Part shown: positions 57,544 through 64,000 of the stretch, piece after piece | Position numbering within the stretch: position 1 is the stretch's first letter | How the letters are laid out: each line of letters starts with the position of its first letter | From: a virus | Direction: 5' to 3' (one strand) | Length of the DNA: 64,000 nucleotides | IMG/VR virus record: IMGVR_UViG_3300032132_000248 | Coordinates: 6,895-70,894 of that record | The notes under the pieces: generated by a model | The model's input: the letters and a program-made list of their open reading frames with translations, nothing else | What the model was told of the DNA's origin: nothing | Databases searched by the model: none | Program-made: the position numbers and the translations under genes

Positions 57544-59006
57544 AATAATTCAACATGCGATGGTATTTTTTGATTACATTTATAGCTTATAAATTCGTGT
57601 TCTGTATTAAAAAGTTTTTCCCTCTTTGTTAATTCATAATTTAAATCAGTAATTCCATCTTTATCTACATCAATTAAACCAGTCAATACTTCATTTGTAA
57701 ATCTTTGTTCATTTATACTAGTATCTTTTTGATGTACAAATTTTGTATTTATAATATCATTCCGCTTATGATATAATGACTTATATTTCCCTTGTCTCCT
57801 ATATGGTAATTCATTCATCTTAACCTTTGGAAAATCTATTGTTTGATTATAAACATTATTATAATCACAACTCTTATCATCTAATGTTAAATCAAAAATA
57901 GCATCTCCCCTATTATTAAAATATTCTTCTGTATGCATATTTTTTATTTCCTTATCAGGTAATGCTCTGTCATACATTCTCAACAATCCAATCTGTCCAT
58001 CGAAGTATATAGAATTTCTATCTGGATGATTGACTCCAATATAATACGACATCCCACCATATTTTTTTAGTGGAGGTTCAATATTCATAGGGCTCTCAAT
58101 ACCACTCCCAAATCTAGCACTACTTTCCTCTCCATTAATAAATAATGAAGATTTTTTATTTTCAACATCTACTCTATAAACAACATGAGTCCATAATTCA
58201 TGTTGTCTTTTGGCCCACATATAAAAATGATCATTCTTAATATTATAACATCCGCCAGAAAAACAGCTTGAATTATCATATCCCATTCCCAATTGAAAAG
58301 TAGGTCTACTTATAATATACGAATGTAGAAATCTTCTATTTTCTATATCACCTATCAAATATGGTTCCACATCAAAACGTTCTCTTGGTAATACAAATGT
58401 AGAAAATGTAAATGAGTTTTCAGTAAGTTTATTTAATTTATCATTTATTCTAGTTTTTATATAAGAAGAATTACCATCAAAATCTAATACTTTCAAACTA
58501 TCAATAGAAATCTCAGGTAAAAAATCTTTCTTTGTTAATCCCTTTACTTTAGCTCTGTATAAAAAATCATCATCTTCCATTCCCCAATTAAAATAACCAT
58601 TAGAATAACCATTCATAGTTTTTACATGATCTTTAGTCAATAAAATAGCTCCACCAAAGTATTCTTCATATTGTAATCCCCAATTAAACTGCTCAACGCG
58701 TACCGCCAGATGTTGTGGATATTCACCAGGCCAACTATAATCACAACTGTCATCTACTGGAACCATATCTATATCGTGGAAACAAAAGTAATCATATCCT
58801 TCCTTTTGTGCCACATCGTAAGCTATATTTTTTGCAGTTCCTCTATTAAATCCACTTACACTATCTGGATAGACTTGATTGGCTACAAATATCTTATATT
58901 CTATATCCTTATCCTTAAAAAATTTATCCATATGTGGAATAAACTTTTTAAGATGTTCCTCTCTTTTATAATGAGGAACACAAATAGCTAATTTTTTACT
59001 CATCAA
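57540..59006 (-). CDS. GT7 (beta-1,4-galactosyltransferase-like) glycosyltransferase with inserted LamG domain
   Basis: PHYKREEHL, FNRG, FHDID, YFGG, NGYSN.Y.NWGMEDDD; insert LDFDG...WTHVV...LFING...YIG...FDGQI...YDRAL; C-terminal YRRQG...H...DGI..L.Y. Confidence 0.8.
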   Translation of the reverse strand: MMSKKLAICVPHYKREEHLKKFIPHMDKFFKDKDIEYKIFVANQVYPDSVSGFNRGTAKNIAYDVAQKEGYDYFCFHDIDMVPVDDSCDYSWPGEYPQHLAVRVEQFNWGLQYEEYFGGAILLTKDHVKTMNGYSNGYFNWGMEDDDFLYRAKVKGLTKKDFLPEISIDSLKVLDFDGNSSYIKTRINDKLNKLTENSFTFSTFVLPRERFDVEPYLIGDIENRRFLHSYIISRPTFQLGMGYDNSSCFSGGCYNIKNDHFYMWAKRQHELWTHVVYRVDVENKKSSLFINGEESSARFGSGIESPMNIEPPLKKYGGMSYYIGVNHPDRNSIYFDGQIGLLRMYDRALPDKEIKNMHTEEYFNNRGDAIFDLTLDDKSCDYNNVYNQTIDFPKVKMNELPYRRQGKYKSLYHKRNDIINTKFVHQKDTSINEQRFTNEVLTGLIDVDKDGITDLNYELTKREKLFNTEHEFISYKCNQKIPSHVELL

Positions 59007-60451
59007 ATATCCACCTTCACATATTTATTTTCACCCATAAAAGTATCTGTCTGTAATATTTTATAATCTAATGTAGACAATCCATCCTTTTTCATATCAA
59101 CTAAATTACGTTTTACTTTATTAAAAAAACGTAATTGATTTTCTCTACTATTAAAATCTTTATATTTAGAATTATCCCATCCACTCTCTTGATGCTCTAA
59201 ACAAGTAAACTTACCATCCCTTCTATATGGTATTAACGACAGATATCCGAATTTAACATTTATATTTTTTTGTATTACATCTGATAAAATAGATTCTGTA
59301 TTAAACTCGCTATAATCAGTAAGTTTTTTATCATTCACAAACTCTGCATTAACATTATAAACTAAATTTTCAACAGAGTTATAAGATTGTGTCTTAATTA
59401 ATGGGTCAGATATATTACCGTTATTAAATAATGCCTTTATCTCTCTCCATTTTAAATCTTTATTCCATATAGAAGTTTGATTTATATAACCTTTAAAATT
59501 ATTTGTTTTTCCAGTAAATGGATCGTCACATCCCATATACATAAAAGATTTAGCTGGACTAATTGAAATTCCACCCATTACAACTGGTGAAGTAGATGAT
59601 TCTACTCCATTAACAAAACTTCTCATAATACCACTTTTTTTATCATAAGTAAATACATAATGTATCCATTGCTCTGATAATCTCGGTGATAACACCATCC
59701 ACTCTTTACCATTCTTATCAACTATAGATGCTTTTAATTGTAACCCACTAGTAAATGATAAATTAAAATAATGCTTTTTAGATAAAATAAAATATTCATC
59801 ATAAGTAGATGTTTCATTCAATATAAGATCATGTGAAGGATATAATAATAATTGTATAGTAAATGAATCTTTAAAAGTATCTGATAAAACTTGACCTGGT
59901 ATAACTTTTATATATGATTTATCAATAAACTGTAATACCATTTTATTTTCATGAGATAATTTACTATATTTACCTAATCTATTTTCATATAAAGGAACTC
60001 CACGTTTTCTACACCTATATAATATATCATCATCTTCATAACCCCACCCCCAATATTCATTAGAAAACCCATTAATCAATTCAAAATGATTTTTATTAAA
60101 TAATGTTACTCCACCAAAATATTCATCATAAACTAATTGGTAATTAAATTTACTTAACCGAGAAGCTAAATGTGTAGGTCTATGTACAACTGAATAATCA
60201 CAACTATCTTCTTGTGGAATTAAATCCACATCATGGAAACATACGTAATCACATTCATCCTTAAATAATTCATAACCAACATTCAATAACTTGCCCCTAT
60301 TAAAAGGTTTTTTATTTCCTTGCTCTATTATATAAATACTATTTTGAATACCCTTATCATTTAAGTATTCTTTAATAGTTGGAACAAAATACTTTAAATG
60401 ATCTTCCCTATTTCTATAAGGTACAAGTATTCCTAATTTCTGTTTTTGCAT
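59003..60451 (-). CDS. GT7 glycosyltransferase with inserted LamG domain
   Basis: PYRNREDHL, FNRGKLLNVG, FHDVD, NGFSNEYWGWGYEDDD; WIHYVFTYD...FVNG...FKGYI; RRDG...EH...DGLSTLDY. Confidence 0.85.
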   Translation of the reverse strand: MQKQKLGILVPYRNREDHLKYFVPTIKEYLNDKGIQNSIYIIEQGNKKPFNRGKLLNVGYELFKDECDYVCFHDVDLIPQEDSCDYSVVHRPTHLASRLSKFNYQLVYDEYFGGVTLFNKNHFELINGFSNEYWGWGYEDDDILYRCRKRGVPLYENRLGKYSKLSHENKMVLQFIDKSYIKVIPGQVLSDTFKDSFTIQLLLYPSHDLILNETSTYDEYFILSKKHYFNLSFTSGLQLKASIVDKNGKEWMVLSPRLSEQWIHYVFTYDKKSGIMRSFVNGVESSTSPVVMGGISISPAKSFMYMGCDDPFTGKTNNFKGYINQTSIWNKDLKWREIKALFNNGNISDPLIKTQSYNSVENLVYNVNAEFVNDKKLTDYSEFNTESILSDVIQKNINVKFGYLSLIPYRRDGKFTCLEHQESGWDNSKYKDFNSRENQLRFFNKVKRNLVDMKKDGLSTLDYKILQTDTFMGENKYVKVDI

Positions 60452-60765
60452 TATTTATCTTTTTCAAATAATTTACTTACAACACTTTTATCAGAATCTC
60501 CACCAGCTTTAAAATCTTCCATAAACGTTCTAAATTCTGCAAAGAAAGTTTCAAAATCATTTGAATTTGCATTAGAATTCAAAAGTTCTTCATCTCTACT
60601 TGCTTTTTGATATCCATAAAGTTCCCATAATTTCCAATCTAACTGCTCTAACAATTCTATAATCTTGGAAAGCATTGTTATAACAGAAGAATCTTCTGTA
60701 ACTTCTATTTTATTTTTGGGTGATCTATTATCTAATAAATCGCGTGCATCTTTTTCATTTTCCAT
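60451..60765 (-). CDS. Hypothetical acidic protein
   Basis: ORF with AGGAG RBS. Confidence 0.6.
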   Translation of the reverse strand: MENEKDARDLLDNRSPKNKIEVTEDSSVITMLSKIIELLEQLDWKLWELYGYQKASRDEELLNSNANSNDFETFFAEFRTFMEDFKAGGDSDKSVVSKLFEKDK

Positions 60766-60779
60766 TTTTTACTCCTATA

Positions 60780-62264
60780 TTATAATTGAACAGATAAGAT
60801 CTCCGCCTTATCTAATGAAATATTACCAACCGTTTGAAATCTTTTTAATAATCTAAATCTTAAATTACTCAAACCATCAGATTTAACAACTTCCTCTCCA
60901 CCATTAACTGTTTCAGTTAATATTTTATAATTATTTTTATTATTTGTATATGATTTTTTACCTACATAATCTGCCATAACATTACCACGATATCTAAAAA
61001 TTCCTCTGCTTCTATATGGGACATTTTTAATAGTAGCTCTTTTTAATATTCCTGTCGATATATCACAATTTAGCATCCTCAAATGATTCAAATTTTCGCT
61101 CATATCAAAACTCATATTTTTATAACCAGATTTAAAAGGCACATATGTTACTGGAACTATTCCCCTCATTTCTTCGAGAGACACTACACCATAAGTAAAT
61201 AGTTGATCTATTTCTGAAGCATCCATATATTTTTTATAAATTGAAATATTTGATATTTTTCCCTTAAAATAACTCCGCCACATATTTCCTTTTGGATTCC
61301 CCACACCAACATATAATGGATCTCTGTCATAATTTTTAATTTCAGCTGCCATTTTAATAGATTTTATAATCCTACCATTTACATAAAAAGAAGTCAATAA
61401 AGTATCACTATTATATGACCAACTAACATCATACCATGTTTTAGGTTGAATTCTAATCTCTGTACTATACAATTTATTTTTAATATCAAATACATTTAAT
61501 TTCACTGTCATATTATTAGTAATACTAATGCCAGTATGATATCCAGGTCTACATATTAATTGATATTCACATCTATTATTATCCTGTATGACTGTATGTG
61601 TTGGTTTTTTATCTATCATAAACTTAGCGTTAATTGTAAAACTATCATTAAATAATTCAGATATAACTTCATTTTCAACAAATTTACCGTAACTAGTCTC
61701 TCCATTTAAATTTATATAATTTAATTCTACATCTTTAGTGTATTTAACATCAGTAGGTAAATTAAAAATTTTTATTCTTTCAAAAAAATCATCATCATGA
61801 AACCCATATCCCCAATATTTGTTTGAAAATCCATTAACTAATTCAAATAATTTAGATGGAATAATCATAGAACCTCCCATATAAGTATCATAAAGTGGTG
61901 TATCATTATAAAAATCGTCAATAGATGATTCTTCCGAATACTCTTCTTCTCCAATAAATGAATATCCTAGATGCATTGGTTTATCAACCGCATTATAAAT
62001 ATTATTATCAAAAATAGGTTCTAATCTCAAATCTTGAAATACTAAATAATTATAAAAATCATCATCTGTAGTTACAAATTTTGCGCCTATATTAAAACAT
62101 TTACCCCAATTCAATTGTTTTTTAGTAAGCTGTTCTACAAAAAATAACTTCCAATCTAGGTTATCAATATCTTTTAAAAAATATTCAATATGATAAAAAA
62201 GTTTTTCTCTCATACTTTCTTCATCATCAGTTTTTATAGTTGGTATTATAAATGCTAGTTTCAT
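60780..62264 (-). CDS. Degenerate GT7 glycosyltransferase with LamG domain
   Basis: NWGK.FNIG, FQDLR (DxD lost), NGFSNKYWGYGFHDDD, LamG insert, DGLSNL.F. Confidence 0.7.
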   Translation of the reverse strand: MKLAFIIPTIKTDDEESMREKLFYHIEYFLKDIDNLDWKLFFVEQLTKKQLNWGKCFNIGAKFVTTDDDFYNYLVFQDLRLEPIFDNNIYNAVDKPMHLGYSFIGEEEYSEESSIDDFYNDTPLYDTYMGGSMIIPSKLFELVNGFSNKYWGYGFHDDDFFERIKIFNLPTDVKYTKDVELNYINLNGETSYGKFVENEVISELFNDSFTINAKFMIDKKPTHTVIQDNNRCEYQLICRPGYHTGISITNNMTVKLNVFDIKNKLYSTEIRIQPKTWYDVSWSYNSDTLLTSFYVNGRIIKSIKMAAEIKNYDRDPLYVGVGNPKGNMWRSYFKGKISNISIYKKYMDASEIDQLFTYGVVSLEEMRGIVPVTYVPFKSGYKNMSFDMSENLNHLRMLNCDISTGILKRATIKNVPYRSRGIFRYRGNVMADYVGKKSYTNNKNNYKILTETVNGGEEVVKSDGLSNLRFRLLKRFQTVGNISLDKAEILSVQL

Positions 62265-63115
62265 TGTTTATAAAAAATACTTTCTCTTACTATATTATCC
62301 CACTTCAAATGATCTGTAAATTTATTTCCTATTCTTTCTATATAAAATTTAGAATTATCTATTGGAATTTTATAATCATTTTCAACTATAAAATCCAACA
62401 TTTTTTGATACTCCCAATGATATGTATATTTTTCTTTAATTCTAGTAACTTGTTTCAATCTTTTTATAATAGAACTATCCCACTTAAAATGATGTACTTG
62501 AATAAAACATTGATCTACTGGATACCTTAATGGATGATTAATAAAATTCTTCCCATATGAAGTGCTTCCGTCTTCAAATACTACGTAATGCTGTCCGTTT
62601 TCCAATCTTAAAGAACCATGTATAATTGGAACTTTATTAGGACATGCATTAGATACTCTCATCCTAAAAGAACCTCCTAATGGTAATTGTTTCCAAATAT
62701 CACTATCATCATTTATTTCTGGAAATGTTCCTCCATCTCCAATTCTATCTAAAAATGCTCCTGTAACAAATTTATATCCTGTATCTTCACAGCTATCTAT
62801 AATATCATCTAATTCAAATGGATATACATGAAATTCATCATCATCTGATACAATCCACCAATCATCTGGTTTTTTAGAAATGGTCTCATTATATAACGAT
62901 GTAACCTTCTCCCAATTAAATGGTTCCAATACTATCTTACTATAAATATCTGAACCTATTTCTGAAACAATTTTTTTTATTTCTTCTAATACTCCATCAT
63001 CCTTTTTATGAAGATATGCCACTACAAATATGTCATCAACAATATCTTTATAATGGTTTAACATATGTCTTAACATTGTGGTATTATGACCACAAACTGT
63101 AACTAAATTAATCAT
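62261..63115 (-). CDS. GT2-like glycosyltransferase
   Basis: M..HY...VD, WWIVSDDDEF (DxD), GQH, HHFKW. Confidence 0.65.
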   Translation of the reverse strand: MINLVTVCGHNTTMLRHMLNHYKDIVDDIFVVAYLHKKDDGVLEEIKKIVSEIGSDIYSKIVLEPFNWEKVTSLYNETISKKPDDWWIVSDDDEFHVYPFELDDIIDSCEDTGYKFVTGAFLDRIGDGGTFPEINDDSDIWKQLPLGGSFRMRVSNACPNKVPIIHGSLRLENGQHYVVFEDGSTSYGKNFINHPLRYPVDQCFIQVHHFKWDSSIIKRLKQVTRIKEKYTYHWEYQKMLDFIVENDYKIPIDNSKFYIERIGNKFTDHLKWDNIVRESIFYKQ

Positions 63116-63858
63116 AAAGTTAAATCTCGTTTTTTCCAATAATCATCGGGTGGATACCATTCTTTCCAAGTAGAAATATTAATACCTTCACCATGTATAA
63201 TATTCTGTTTTAATCCACCATTAATCCGTGCACTAAATCCGCTCGAACCATCATAACATCCATGATAATCAAATGCATTAAATACTGCACCATAAGATTT
63301 CATCGGTATTCTTTTAGAAATATCATCTTTACCATCTATATCTGAAATATAGAGTTTTTTAGTATCTGAAAATCTAAACCATATCCAAGTTTCACTTGCG
63401 TGACGAGATTCTTCTTCGAGGGGATTTAATCCTAAATCACCTCCCCAATCTCTATGAAATTCCATAACATTATCCGGTAGTTCATATTTTATAAGAACTC
63501 CATATAAATTATCTACTACATTGTCATGTAAATATTCTATAAATTCAGGTACATATGTTTTTATTAATTTCCACCCATCATCTCGATCAATCCAATCATC
63601 ATACCAAGTGCTCATTAAAGAATTAAATAAATAAACTTTTTCTGAAAAAGGTATGTTTTCTTTACCATATATTTCAATTTGTTTGTTCAAATGTTCTTTG
63701 CCCTTTTCACTTTTTTCTACAATTTGTGGAAGGTCATCACAAAACTTTTTAAATTGTTTATCAAAATATGTTTCAAAATAATTCATTTTATCAATTGAAA
63801 TAAAACCATCCAATGAAACAGATGAAACTTGTCCTTTATTTGTTAATATTCCAAACAT
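63112..63858 (-). CDS. Hypothetical protein, possible 2OG-Fe(II)/cupin oxygenase
   Basis: FHRD (HxD), FN..DYHG, RING. Confidence 0.4.
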   Translation of the reverse strand: MFGILTNKGQVSSVSLDGFISIDKMNYFETYFDKQFKKFCDDLPQIVEKSEKGKEHLNKQIEIYGKENIPFSEKVYLFNSLMSTWYDDWIDRDDGWKLIKTYVPEFIEYLHDNVVDNLYGVLIKYELPDNVMEFHRDWGGDLGLNPLEEESRHASETWIWFRFSDTKKLYISDIDGKDDISKRIPMKSYGAVFNAFDYHGCYDGSSGFSARINGGLKQNIIHGEGINISTWKEWYPPDDYWKKRDLTL

Positions 63859-63875
63859 TATACTAACCCCTTATC

Positions 63876-64000
63876 TCACAATTTTTTACATCCATCTAAA
63901 AATTCTTTAAATTCTGGAAAAACTTCTAAAAATTTCTTATCTCTACGCTTATCATATTCTTCTAACATAATTAATAAATCTTTACGCATTTTTATCAACC
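63876..64000 (-). CDS. C-terminal fragment of a probable radical SAM (twitch-type) protein
   Basis: ...EEYDKRRDKKFLEVFPEFKEFL...* resembles the C-terminus of 29044-30333 (LDKVRNQNLFNVFPEL). Confidence 0.5.
   Translation of the reverse strand, partial: LIKMRKDLLIMLEEYDKRRDKKFLEVFPEFKEFLDGCKKL

Noticed and set aside
1319-63102. Plus-strand ORFs in the track (e.g. 1319-1675, 9149-9421, 30067-30381) and short alternative-frame minus ORFs (18930-19121, 19814-19999)
   Set aside because: They are shadows of longer motif-bearing minus-strand genes, with antisense-type composition and no recognisable motifs.
1-64000. Genome-wide stop-codon reassignment (TGA=Trp or TAG=Gln) as the explanation for the TGA at 15408
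   Set aside because: Genes are full length in the standard code, and many end in TGA (ATGA overlaps) or TAG exactly where the next gene starts.
16467-64000. Bacterial LPS/capsule locus
   Set aside because: It is contiguous and co-oriented with terminase and head genes, has similar composition, and lacks flippase, polymerase and export genes.

Overview
This window is an AT-rich, gene-dense segment of a large T4-like/jumbo bacteriophage genome. Essentially all real genes are on the minus strand, in the standard genetic code, with frequent AGGAG/GGAG Shine-Dalgarno sites. Positions 1-16450 form a head/packaging module. It holds the terminase large subunit (truncated at the window edge), a GH108 endolysin, a gp68-like prohead core protein, and many Lys-rich proteins with an 'MKITKxQLxEIIxEE' or 'MIKLKxLIxE' leader. 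It also holds two apparent polyproteins whose domains are joined by [ILV]-x-E linkers resembling prohead-protease sites. The 2463-aa one strings together a P-loop kinase, a CCA-adding enzyme, an HD hydrolase, a HIGH-type nucleotidyltransferase, a TraB/Tiki-like domain, a membrane-helix domain and a KxDG ligase-like domain; it looks like a virion-packaged, injected tRNA/RNA repair and anti-defence kit. The 566-aa one is an array of mini-domains separated by six ESV[ND]E repeats. An ORF missed by the track (14946-15443) has an in-frame UGA followed by a bacterial-type SECIS hairpin and is a candidate phage selenoprotein. Positions 16467-64000 are a ~47 kb glycan biosynthesis and tailoring island. 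It encodes NDP-sugar enzymes (Gmd, RmlC, ColD-type dehydrase, Fcl-like, GME-like, Ugd, a minimal TPP E1 pair), a carbamoyltransferase and three GT7-LamG fusions. It also carries expanded paralog families: 9 GT10-like, 7 SGNH-like and 7 radical SAM genes. A riboswitch-like structured leader lies at 39901-40020. All calls come from motif recognition by eye; no database searches were run.
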